A stretch of 64,000 nt of DNA from Vermamoeba vermiformis (lineage: Eukaryota), in the NCBI GenBank assembly GCA_045837725.1, contig JBEWZL010000235.1, positions 186,001 through 250,000 of the forward strand, read 5' to 3'. The notes beneath the pieces were generated by a model, which searched no databases, was not told the DNA's origin, and saw nothing but the letters and a program-made list of their open reading frames with translations. Made by a program: the position numbers and the translations under genes. Of the stretch, positions 38,780 to 58,080 are shown in pieces. Each line of letters opens with the position of its first letter. The first letter of the stretch is position 1.

Positions 38780-41288
38780 ATGCAAAATCATGAAGGCCTT
38801 GCGCTTTACTCGTTAATAAAAAATAGCAACCCAGATGCGCTGGAAGTTTTTCTTTCAAAGACCAAAATAGGTAAGACTAGTAATAATTATATTATTTAAT
38901 GCGATTATTTGTCAGGATTGTACAGTTGTATTAACTCCACAATTTAATTCAGATCTAAATTCTCCAATTTCTTCGTTGCAGCTTCTTCCAATCCAAATAG
39001 CGTTCGTTCTTAATTCCTACAATATTATTGGAATCTTAATTAAACATGGCGCCGATCCAAACTTTGAAAGCCTCGATTTAATATCACCAATGTTCCAATC
39101 TGACAGCGTATGGAGCGAAGAAATGTTCAACGCACTGCTGGACCACGGCACGAGTATTAGAGAGCTCAAATTTTACGGCAACTTGGCCAGGTACTAATTG
39201 CAGTCATTATAGCGCACGTACTGACCTATTGGCAGTCATCCTATTGTTTTGTCGATTGACACGCGCCATCCAACGGAGATTACAGCGAGATTAATAGCCA
39301 ACACGATTATGCCACTCGATGATTGGATGAAACTACTCTATTATACACTGCAGAAAGCACACAGCATCGTATCACACGTGATCCACAAGCTGTTTTCCAT
39401 GCCATTCACCTCACCACTCGACAAGCGAGTCCAAGGCCTGAAAGTGCTCAAGACACTGTTCACCATGCTGCACAACGTCACTGTCGAGACTACTGTCATT
39501 CACAACATTCTCGCGCAGTTTGACTTTATCTTCGCGGACTCAACGTTCTTCACATCATTCACAGCGTAAGTAGATAGTATATACTCGTTACATATACTCA
39601 ATTTATTGTCATAGTCCGCAAGCCTCGCTCAACAACCCCTTCACAACACTGCCCAATGAGCTTGTAGTGTCAATATTGAATCGGTTGTCAGTGCCCATCC
39701 TGCTGCGTCTCAGTCGCACGTGCAAAGCTCTCCATTACTACACGCGCACGGTGACGTCATTTGACACGTCGTTCAGATCACTGTACAGCAGTCTGCCGCG
39801 CAAACATTTGGTGCACACGAACTACGACTTGAAGAAAGCAGCACAACTGTTATTCTTGATCAACAGGCAAGCAATTGAGTGATAGAATAGCGTTCTAATA
39901 CTATACAGGTTCCCTAATGTAACTTCAGCCTACTTGGGGTCAATATTAGTGTTTCCTTATGCAGCACAACGAATCATCGACAAGTGGTGGTCGAATGGCA
40001 TGAAAGCACTGACAATACGCTGTTTGGACCGACAAAAGACTCTGGACCTGTTCAACACCGCCATGATGAATGCGAGATTGTTGGAGCGATTGGATTTGAA
40101 CTGCTTTCAACGAGGACACGATGTGTTTGTTGAGACGGTGCGCGCTTTTAATCACTTGCCGAATGTAAGTGGACGACTCGTCTAACAGTCTGAACTAATA
40201 CATATGTCTATTCTAGCTGAAATATGCCTCGATTGTATCGCGTCATTATCGTCCACCAGCTGACGTCATCCAAGTGTCACTCGCCAGTCAGTCGTTACTC
40301 TCGCTCAAACTCTCGGGCCACCATCAGTAAGCCATATCGTTAATTGTCTTACAAAGCCCCGCCTAACGGCTGGTTCAGATATTCGTCAGCAAAAATCGTT
40401 CTCACACTTGACACGCCACATCTCGAGTACTTATCGCTCATCAACACGACGCAACAGGTCAATATTCGACACACGGCACAGTTACACACTCTCAAATTAG
40501 TCGCCAATGACCAGCACCAGCTGGATTTGGACGCATTGGCTCACCTTACGGAGCTCAAACTGGTCTTTCCCGGTGCGTTAGTTAAGCCCCAAGCAAAATT
40601 CAATCGCTTGCGCAGATTGGGCATTCCCAAGACAATGCTCGCACCCTGGGCAAGTATCGCACCAAATTTGCAAGAACTGAGTCTGTATTACTCCAATCTT
40701 CTGTTGCCCCTGGATGCGCCGCTGTCAACCTTGTTCCCACATGTCAATACACTTGAAATCCACACTGAAGAAGCATTACAATCAATGCCGGAATTTTCAG
40801 TCTCAACATTCAAGTGCTCCAAATTTGATTTTCAATACGTACGTTCAACATGTAGTTCCTCGTGCTCACTAACATCTGTGCAGGACACCGCCACCAACAA
40901 ATTCCCCAAACAAATAGACCACTTTTGGATACGCAGCAGCAACATCGTGACATTTCCAGATACTTTAACAGACAAAGACGGCTCGTTAATGCTGTCCACA
41001 ACACTACAGTCGTTGCACATCTACAAAACAAGCACAATGAGCATCGTGTCCATCAAACAAATCCCTATGATCTCCCTGATTGCCAACTCTGGCTCGGAGA
41101 TATTTATTGATATGACGAATGTGCAGCACTTAGAATTGCTCGACAACAGCAACAAGATCACCCTGCAAGGAGATTTTTCGGCATTACGACATCTCATAGT
41201 GCGCAGGAATACTTTGATCAAGGTCAACGACGAGCGAGAAACATTCAACAAACGCGCGCTGCTGACATTTGACGTCGACATTGTTTAA
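38780..41288 (+). CDS. F-box / leucine-rich-repeat protein with an N-terminal ankyrin-like segment
   Basis: LIKHGADPN; F-box FTTLPNELVVSILNRLSVPILLRLSRTCKAL; degenerate LRRs (PHLEYLSL, HLTELKL, PNLQELSL). Confidence 0.7.
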
Positions 41289-41411
41289 CAAAAAAATCGG
41301 CAGTGTATCGATAGATGGCAAGTTTCGGCATTGGGATTCAACCCGCTTTGTAACTCCTCCGGTCTTTGGCACAATAACTATTGATCTTACTTATTGGTGA
41401 CTTACACCACT

Positions 41412-41471
41412 GCGAAGGTTCTGGATGGCAACTAGCGAAGCTTCCGGAGTGCATCCTGCGAAGGTTCTGGA
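41412..41471. promoter_or_regulatory. Three GCGAAGnTTCnGGA elements at exact 23-bp spacing (HSE-like)
   Basis: Copies start at 41412, 41435 and 41458, about 250-300 bp upstream of the ATG at 41716. Confidence 0.45.
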
Positions 41472-41715
41472 CGGGCCCAAAAATAGAACTAGTCTCATAA
41501 TATTAGCCTAGTGGACTTTAATCCGCTGTATCTTACTGCTTATAGTAACGAGCAGCTCGTAGGAACTCCAACATACGATTTTCATTCCCAATACAGCCTT
41601 GATCCTGAAATATTCTGAGTAGAGGGAATATTCAAAGGAAATCCCTAACCGAAAGTTTTTAAGTCAGTGCGTCGATTGAACAATTAGTTTACATTCGAGT
41701 ACACCAACGGTACAA

Positions 41716-43082
41716 ATGAAGAGCGCCGTCTTACTAGCTTGCTCGCTATTAACCGTTGTGTTTTGCTTCTCAGTCGGAAAACCAACGCTTAATCCTTACC
41801 CCTTAGTGTTTACTGCGGTTTTCAATGCTTCAGGTATTGGCACAAACAATGCCAACGGCTCTTACTTATCCTCGATTTAGATCAAGCGCAACATATTCCC
41901 GGTACAATGAACACCTTCATCTTGGATGTGCCAAATAAACGAGCTAGAGCTGAGTACGCCAATGCACTTGGGGATTACCTCCTCATTTTCAGACCCGATG
42001 GCGCAGATCCAACCAGCGTAAGTATCGCTATCCCTCCCGAACTTTAATTAACAGTTAGCTTCTTTGCAGCCATATGGCAAAAACTACACGTCCTTTGTAC
42101 TTAATCCTAAGCAACCAAACAATACGAAATGCTACTACCAACAGATTAACGACTACGGTCCCTGGCCTTCAAGCTGGATGCGAGCGCTGAACGACGTACA
42201 AATTTTTGAAGCAGTAGGACCTTTCTATGACTTACCTGAGGACTTAGTGTACACTGGTTCATACTACGTGCAGGAGTTGAACGTTTGGACAGATGTACGG
42301 AGGGTTACTAATTTACTTCTTTAACTCAAATTTCATTCTAGAGATGGGATTCGGTGAAAACGTGCAACTTGTTTCGATCCCATATAGGAGTAGTCCCTTG
42401 CAATAGTGTCATGTTCACAAAAGGCTCGGATCCGTTACCTGTGATGGACATACAAGCAGTAGAAGGCAGAAATTTTGAAAACGAACAGTAAGCGATGTTT
42501 CGTATGAGTTTATAACTCCGGCTGACCTTCGCACAGATACTATGTCAGAGTCTACCACTCCTTTCAAACTCATGTCTACGACTCTGATTTTAGTCTTCCG
42601 AAGAATTGGCAATATCAATGCGGCAACGGCGATGCCGGTTAGTTTTCTCAATGCGAAGTTAATCGATGATCTGACACGACTGTTTAACAGGATTTCAACT
42701 GTCTCCCTCCTTCGACTTCACGTTGTATTCCGACGGAAGTACAGATAACACCCCAACGGTCAGCTTGGCTTCACAACCGATCGAATCTCTCGGCCCTGTG
42801 ATGGTAACTCTTACAGCGAGTCCTAGCGACCCTCTTCCTTGTGCGGACTGTGTCAGTTCTGGAACTTTGACTTTTACGTCCGAGAACTGGTTTATTCCGC
42901 AGAAAATGCCGTTCTCCTATCAAAAGGCTGGGTGCTCCAATATGGTAGTTCAGGCAAAAGGAGGTGGTTACGATTGGAATCTGTTTCAAACAACTTGGAC
43001 GGTCTATACGTGCGCAGGAAGTGCTTCTCAAGGATGTGTCTCGCCACCACAATGTGGCTCAAGTCTCGTCTCATCGCAATGA
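41716..43082 (+). CDS. Secreted protein: ependymin-like domain plus Calx-beta/Ig-like domain (6 exons)
   Basis: Signal peptide MKSAVLLACSLLTVVFC. Five canonical introns give an open frame. Motifs DVPNKRARAEY, DFSLPKNWQYQC and GTLTFTSENWFIPQ. Confidence 0.6.
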
Positions 43083-43630
43083 ACGTTATTAATAAAAGAA
43101 CATTTACAACCCATTTTACTGTTCACCCTAGAATTAATAGATCAAATCAAGAGGCTGTTGTGCCTCAATAAAAACTCGTTTTAGGACACAACTCGGCACT
43201 TTGCTGACTCCTTTCAATTGTGCGAAAGCACTCCCAGTGAATTCCTTAACTCATGCACCTACTTCCATTCTTCTAGAATAGCTACTAGTATATCCCTTAA
43301 AATTTTAAAACCGGCAAAATCTTAATTAATAACTAAGAACAATGTCGTTTTATGGTATGTATTCACCGCACTAATATAAATTGTATGCTCCCTACGGTGG
43401 TGAACTTGCGCAGTCTAAATTCCTGCGAGAATTAAAGATCACGTTGGATGAAGCACCCGATCTACGGATTAAGCATTGACTACCCTCCGATAGCACCAAT
43501 AACGATACTTTATAATAATAACAAAGCATACGTAACAATCCCGATGCATTGTGTACATTTTGAGAGTCATAAAATTTCATATTTTGGAATTTTGACCGTT
43601 TTTCCGAGATCAGCATTTTATTCTTTTACC

Positions 43631-44525
43631 TTCGACTGATGTTGGACCACACGTGGGTATTAACTTCGTGGCATAAGCCGTCCATCTTGTGGATGGGCCC
43701 GCGTCCACCACGAGCTAATGCTAGATCGGGCCAACAATTCGAACCCATGTACAACGTAATTTATTAATCCCGGTTTAATATATCCTAGAAATTATATTGG
43801 GCTAAAATTCGGTAAGTGCATAAAAAATCGGATTGTAACGTAGTGAGCGCGCGGGAAAGGAATCGAAACGAAAGAATATAAAGCACAAAGTGGCACTCAT
43901 AAATATTGCACGTGCCACTTTTTGTATCCGCAGATGCACATGCTTGGTACGACCCTCATACCTGCGGGGCTTTCGCTTCATATTTGCCCTATTATATTGG
44001 GTCATTGACAATGTAACCTGCACATTTGTATGCCTGTTCAATCTCCACAGTAAAAATTTCTTTAATTGTACCGGAGCTTGGGTGAATCCTCGCTCCTTGA
44101 CATTTTTAAGGTCAAATAGATAACTCTCTGAAGTTGGGGTTCACTGACTATGCTTCGCCTCAAATCCACGCGGCTTGACAAGGAGCAGAACAGTCTTCTC
44201 CAATGAACGAGATCCAAAGCCGACCTGAAGTCACTCTGTGATGAACGGGGTTTTATTATATTAGCCTTAATTATGTTGGGCTCATCGTGGTAGATGAGGG
44301 CGTGTCTTAACGCCGAGACCCTGCTTAGCCCTGGTTGAAAGAAATTTCGACCAAAATTAGTGGTGCAGCCCTCGCCTAACGGGGGACTAGGATACCGGCT
44401 GCATCTCCCTGGGTGAGCAAAAGGGGTGTCATACACCCCATTTTTACGAAAAATAACGAAATAAGCCAATATTGGAGGGGGTCGAATTGGGATCTGGATC
44501 CGCGGCGCTTGCCATTCCGGATCCA
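43631..44525 (+). ncRNA. Candidate structured non-coding RNA region (family unidentified)
   Basis: Dense stems with G-U pairs favouring the + strand, a GAAA tetraloop and a hairpin followed by a T-run. No credible ORF. Confidence 0.35.
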
Positions 44526-45891
44526 CACATATTAATAAGCCATCGTTGGTGAGGGGAGATGTATTATGAGCCAGTCTATCAAAATCATATCTTTGTTCAA
44601 CTGCGAAAGAACGGCGCGTTCGTTTGTACCATTTTTTCCGGTTTATATCCAGAAAAAAGATAAGGGATATACTCTTGGAATGACGTACTCTCTTTTCAAG
44701 CGTTTGTTAAAGATACGCACGTAGACAATTTTTTGAACCAAAATTTGACAGTCAAATTTCATTTTTTTTGAAGCCCAAAAATTATCAGATCTTATTCGGC
44801 GATCTGACGCCTTACATAGCCATCGATCATAGCACCAGCTAATCGATTTCATAGAAGATATATTCTAATATATATATCGAATTTTAAAAGCATAATTGAA
44901 GCTTTATTAATTGAAAAATTGCCGCCGGTTTTGGGTGAAAAAAATTCGGATCAAGCTTCGATTGCCGAACCTAAGATTTTCTAAGATTTTTCTTTATATC
45001 ATGGTTTAATTAATAATTTAACCGGTTTAGCCCTAAATTAACTTCTCCTCACCATGCGTAAGTTAGATCTGCAGATCTGACCACCGGATCTACTAGTGGC
45101 ATCATGATGCTGCAATCGATCTGCTAGATTCATATAATATACTCTATATTAAGGTCAAAAAATGCCTTTTTGTTGCTTTGGATTGTTACGTATGACCATG
45201 CCATCAATTGCTTTCAATTTTTTTATCAAATTCAATTCTTGTGTGCCGCTTTCACCTGGCAAAGCAATGCTTGATATATGCATTCGAGCATATAAGATGA
45301 TAGTTCGAACATAATCGAGAACCAAAAAAGACCCTGAAATGAAAGTCAAGATCTGATCCGCATTTGTACACCACGTCTCGTGTCTACATTCAACGATATG
45401 AAATTTTTTAAAGTAATGAAATCGATTATATATATCATATTTATATATCATAATACTGTCTTAGCTATCGGTGCTCGCCACAGGCGGCATTGATGTTGTT
45501 CTCGGTACAATGCGGCAATTTTTCAGGGAAATTTCACGTAAAGTGCAAATTGCTCGCTTGTATGAGGTTAAAAGACAAATATAGTAGCATATTATGATAA
45601 TAGATGTTATTGCGTATACACTGGTGTGATATGTTCGATGAATAGTTCCGTGGTGAGAGATAGCATCAAAAAGCGACAAAATTTTTTTGGTGATAATTTC
45701 AGTCCAAAGTCTGAACCATGACAAATTAAAGAGATGGTTCTTGGAGCGGAAAGTTATCTCCTTACATGTGCTTTCATTATAGAATATTAAAACGGTTTTA
45801 AATCAATTAGCAAAAAAGTCAACAACTACGTGCATATCTTTAAACATGGCTTGTTGTATTTTTTACAAATGTACACTTAAATAGAATTAAA

Positions 45892-53314
<7,423 letters not shown>

Positions 53315-54489
53315 TTAAAGCATTAAATATGTGCTGTTCTGGGTGACGTTTGTTGCTTTGTTGGCGCTGTAGAACGAGTTGAATAATTTTCCAACACGCT
53401 AAAAAACACCGGTAAAGTGAAATTCCCAATCTTCAACTTCCTTACAAGGCAAGAGGTTTCGACAAATTTAACGGCTGATCTATTTCTGGTATCGCGCTAA
53501 GGGAATCTATCCCGAATTCTTTCAGTTTTTACTTTTGGATGTGGTCGCATCCTCGTTTTGTCTATCTCGGCTCTGGATCGAACATTTTCGAGATTAATTT
53601 ACAAATTTGTGCTCTTTAGGGACATTAGATGTCCGAGAAAGGTAAATGGAGATTGAGGGAGATTAATGAAGGGTTAATGATAATGTAAGTGCTGCCGATT
53701 CGATTCAGAAACTGGTTTAAAAGTGCCCTGCAGTCTCAAACTGATATTTCGGACACGTAAATGTTTTGGAAGAGCTCAGTGATGCGGCTAAAAGCGTTTA
53801 TGCCTCGACATTGCCCTGTGTTTCGAATTCCATATTGCTCCGGCTGTACGTCTCAACATGTGGATTTCTACCGTGCGAACATGACCAAGGTGGCATGGGT
53901 TCTAACCGCAAGACGGTAGGTGAAGCACAATGAAGGGACCGATCTTACGAAATAAGATCCTTTTGCGGAAATTTACCCAACGAAATGCAGCTTGCCTACT
54001 GAGACAACATTATACGAACAGCAATAAGTGCTTGAGCACTGCTTAAACTCTTCTCTAACGGAGTTTATGAGCACCGGAACAACGCGAAAGCGAGTTTCAC
54101 ATCCCTGCGCTCAGACGACAAAGAGGTGTCCATTGACCAAGATATATGTTATGATATTGCTCCACGGAATAGCAAACTTACCATAAAAAGATCCAGATTC
54201 TATTTTGGGTGAATGCAACATTCGGATTTGCTTCCAACAATATCACCATTGTATTCGTACGATACATAGACGATGATTTATGTCCTTTTCATAGGTGGTA
54301 GCCTCATGTATTTTGGAAGCTAACTAACTGACTTAATGTTGACCAGGAGTGAAGGGGCAACTAATACATGCTATCAGTGGGAATCGTTTTGATTAAAGAC
54401 AAATATACTGGGAGGTGTGGTTGTGTGGTGAAGGCTTGAATAGGGAGTGAATTAAATAAAACTGATTTTCAAACAACGGTCAACACACG

Positions 54490-55381
54490 GATAGTCGTTC
54501 GACTTCTGGGTAAGGTAAATTTTACCTGGTTTTTTTTTTCCTACCGACTTTTCGGGTAGGAAACGGATAATTTACCTTTCCCTTAGGTTAAGGTAAATTT
54601 ACCTCCAATTGCCAATCTATGATGTAAAGCTGACTATAAAGAAGTAACATTGGCCACGCTTCTTGGATAAGTATATCAAAAGGTTTTATTTAGGTGACAA
54701 GTCCTGGATTGCCTTCATGAATTGTTGCGACCCTTCTCCAATTAATCTCTCTATATTCAAATCAGCCATTTATTAATATCATTTTCGATTTTTACCGAAT
54801 TGTAGTGAGGTCTAAGGATTATTTCCTCGATCGAACCTCGGGAACAGCATTGTTAGTAATTAGCCCTATTGAAAATTACTTACGTGGGGAGTTATCACGT
54901 ATTACAATTTGTGCATCCTCGCGGCAGTCGCTCGTCAGCTTTTTCAGCAACTCGAATTCTGTTCGCATTATCTTTTGTGGACAATAACCTGTTCTTTGAC
55001 CGCACTAGCAAGTTCTTATTCGAGGCGCACTCTCAATGATCTTGCATCCAATCCGCCAAACAGTAAAGCCTCAACAATTTAGTATCACTTCCGTATTTTC
55101 GACGAGGATAAACCTTCAATAAATACTAAGAATTGTAGCAACGTACGTGCCGCGAGGGTTAAATTGACTCCATATTAATTATTAATTTGAGCCCCAATGG
55201 ATTTAACATTGTGGATTGGTTCAACACCCAAGCATATTGCCCGTAAGAGGAAGGCTACACACTGGTAATTTACCAATTTACCTTGGTAAATATAACCTGG
55301 TTTTGGTTACCTTCCGACTTTTCAGGTAGGTAAATAAAAAAGAAGGTAAAATTTACCTTACCCGAAAGTCGAACGACTATC
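54490..55381. mobile_element. Non-autonomous DNA transposon (MITE/Pack-MULE-like), 892 bp
   Basis: TIRs of about 38 bp, GATAGTCGTTCGACTTyyGGGTAAGGTAAATTTTACCT (2 mismatches). Perfect 8-bp TSD AACACACG at 54482-54489 and 55382-55389. Subterminal GGTAAATTTACC-type repeats. Confidence 0.9.
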
Positions 55382-55437
55382 AACACACGCACACTAGCTC
55401 GTGTCAACTTGTGACCCCTTTATCGTCAAATATAGCC

Positions 55438-57060
55438 ATGGACACACCAAGGGCCGTGCTCAAGCCATTAGTTCTCGAATTTGGTGCTGCTTACACGAAG
55501 ATTGGTTATGTTGGTGAACCAGAACCTCGACATATTATTAAAACAGAACTTATATTAAAATCAGGAAAACAAGTATGTGTTTGTCATGCATACGCTCCGG
55601 TAATTAATTTATAATTTTATGGCTTCAGATTGACTTGGATGGCCCTCATGCGTATTCAGCAGCTGAGTTTAAAGAGGCGATATTTCATTTTATGCGAAAG
55701 CTTTTTTTTCAGTAAGTACAATTCATTTATTTCAAATCCACTAAAAGAAAATCAGCTGCGCTCTTGCCAACCCAGCCGATCGCGTTGTGCACGTCTGCGA
55801 AAATATCTTAACTTCGCACTTGTTCCGTGAAGCACTAGCGGATGTTCTATTTGAAAAATACAAGGTAGGTGACGTACAGATACCACACGAGTGAATGACA
55901 AGTCGTGCTAGGTTCAATCAATCTCCTTCTTGCCTGCTCAAGGAGTTGCCTGTTATGCGGCCGAGAGCTCTTCAATATTGCTCGTGGACTGTGGTTTTCG
56001 CGAGAGTCGTGTCGTACCCGTAAGTGATAGCTCGTTTACTAATCAAAGCGCGCTAATCGTCTCACAGGTTTACAAAAAAATCATTCAGACTTACGCCTTG
56101 CAGCTATCGGCTGTGGGTAGTCACACAGTGTATTCGTATCTTGCGCGCATGTTGAAGAGCTATCCATCGGTGGCAGTTACAAATGCGCAAGACAACACTG
56201 TCACTTACAGGTATCCACACGACGACGAGTTATCCTTGAGCAATATGGAAGACATTGCTGTTCGAGTTTGTTACGTCAAGCCTAAAGCAACGAACACAAG
56301 TCCAAGCACAACCAAAGCGGAAAGGAAGCCTTGGCCTCACGTGCCGAAAGATCTTAAGCTCAAGTCAACTGAGACACGTGTCACCTTTGAGCCTGTTGTG
56401 TCAGAAGATACTCCAGTCAAGACAGGTCAGAAGGAGTCGACCAAAGGATCTGAACCGGTTAAATATCTCGACTATCGCATGACCTCGGGTCTCACGTTCC
56501 ACCTCCGCGATGATGTGCGTCACTCGGTCTGCGAGCTATTTTTCACTCCGGAGAGTTGTGAAGTCCGCTCCGTGGCTGAATTGTGTCTGGACTCATTGTT
56601 AAAGGTAAACAAAATGACGTTTATGAATTACAAGCTAATTATTCTACAGAGCAACATCGATATTAGACAACGGTTGGCGAATAATATTGTTTTTGCTGGC
56701 GGATCAACTCAATTTGTTGGGTTCAAATCGCGGTTCGTCAGCGAGTTGTTTTCACTACTAGAAACAGACCCACGATACGAAGAAATCAAGTCGCTCAAGT
56801 CCAAAGTCAATATTTTAAGCCTGGTCTTTCCAGCAAGTATAATTCAATGGACTGGCGCAACACTGCTTGCAGTTCAAGAGCCCAAGCATTACACTGTCAC
56901 GCGTAAGGTTTACTTGGAGAAGAAGATACTACCTGATTGGACGAAGATTCAATCACAAGAAGACAAGCAGCGACGGCTGAAACAAGACAGCCCAGTCAAA
57001 CAAAGTAAGAGCAAGCCGAGGATAACAATGGATATCGCTTTGAAATTAACACCAATGTAA
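55438..57060 (+). CDS. ACTR10: Actin-related protein 10/11 (dynactin pointed-end)
   Basis: LVLEFGAAYTKIGYVGEPEPRHII, LANPADRVVHVCENIL..FREALADVLF, VDCGFRESRVVP, NNIVFAGGS and LPDW. Confidence 0.85.
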
Positions 57061-57087
57061 ATTGATCAATAAAATGTACATAGAACT

Positions 57088-58080
57088 TTATTTGAGTTTG
57101 AAGAAGTGATTGAACTTTCCAATGCGGCACTGCACCACATCCACGTGAAAAGTTAAGCACTGGTCTTCTTCCAGTGGTACGCTCGGATAATAATGCTGCT
57201 GTTTAACATCGCCGAGCATCCATGCAACGGTGACATGAGGTTTAGGGTCTTCGTAGAACACAGGGAAAGCAAATGATTTCATCACCGAGTCCACTGCTTT
57301 AATTAGACGCACAACTTGACTGCACCCAGGACCTGTCACATTCAGACCGATAAATGAACGTGTCTTCTCATCGTTGACGTAAATCTCTCGCTCGGTGAGC
57401 TGTGCTTCAAACCTGTTGATAGAAGTAAGTCTAAACCATCTTGCACCGCTGCCACTTACGATTGGACTGGACACGTTTCTATGGCTCGTTGTAAGGATTC
57501 GACGAACAATTTGATGTGGTGCTCTCGCATAGGGAATGGTCGTGACAAGCTGATGTGCCACTCGTCGTTCTCGAGCGGTAAAATGTTGATAGAACTGCCG
57601 AGATCTGCGCGTGCCAATTCGATTATCTCTGTGGTCAGCTCTGCTAACTGAGGTAATGGTACTACTCAAATAATAAGAATTACGATAGTTAATAATGTTC
57701 ACATACCTTTGATGAAGACGTGGCTCGGGTAGTTTCCTTCAACGTGAGCAAACTGTCGTACTTTTCCTCCGTGCTTAGACGGATCATTTTCTAAAATTAA
57801 TCTACTTAAGAAATTGCTGCTTTGTCGAGTACAAGGCACAAATAGTGCAAGAGGAAATCATTTAATAATTAAAAAAAAAATTACCTGCATCTGGTTTCTT
57901 TTCTTCATCAAATATAGAGGGCAGTTTCAATTTCTTTTTAGGAGGCTCATTAGATTTTTTTTCATTTGTCGCTGTTAATTTTCTCTTTTGGCCAACCATC
58001 TTTTCTGCTTTGACGTCCTCTGTGCTTGGCGACTCATCACTGCTGCTGTCTTGTCCATAATTGGCGAGGAGGTCTTGCAT
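57088..58080 (-). CDS. USB1: U6 snRNA phosphodiesterase (2H family)
   Basis: HGGKVRQFAHVEGNYPSHVFI, HISLSRP, YVNDEKTRSFIGL and FYEDPKPHVTVAW. Confidence 0.9.

Noticed and set aside
44086-44096. TCCTCGCT, identical to the HDV ribozyme L3 loop
   Set aside because: The flanks cannot form P3/P1, so the nested pseudoknot cannot be built.
44165-44190. GCGG-CTT-GACA-AGG-AGCAG resembling SRP RNA helix 8
   Set aside because: It lacks the CAGG strand and a GNRA loop, and no helix 5/6 or Alu context was found.
43631-44525. Telomerase RNA or spliceosomal snRNA identity for the structured region
   Set aside because: No CTAACCCT-type template and no conserved U1/U2/U4/U5/U6 motifs in the right order.
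44062-44526. 154-aa minus-strand ORF
   Set aside because: Non-ATG start and no protein-like motifs; it overlaps the region whose pairing favours the + strand.
45060-45125. Cluster of short palindromes (GTTAGATCTGCAGATCTGAC, GCATCATGATGC)
   Set aside because: Short, and GATC-rich sequence is common in this genome's non-coding DNA; no TSD or other support.
45155-45724. Two short hydrophobic minus-strand ORFs
   Set aside because: AT-rich, with no motifs and no convincing splice model.
53640-54470. Possible decayed gene upstream of the TIR element
   Set aside because: Coding-like composition and a few splice-like signals, but no ORF or recognisable homology could be reconstructed.
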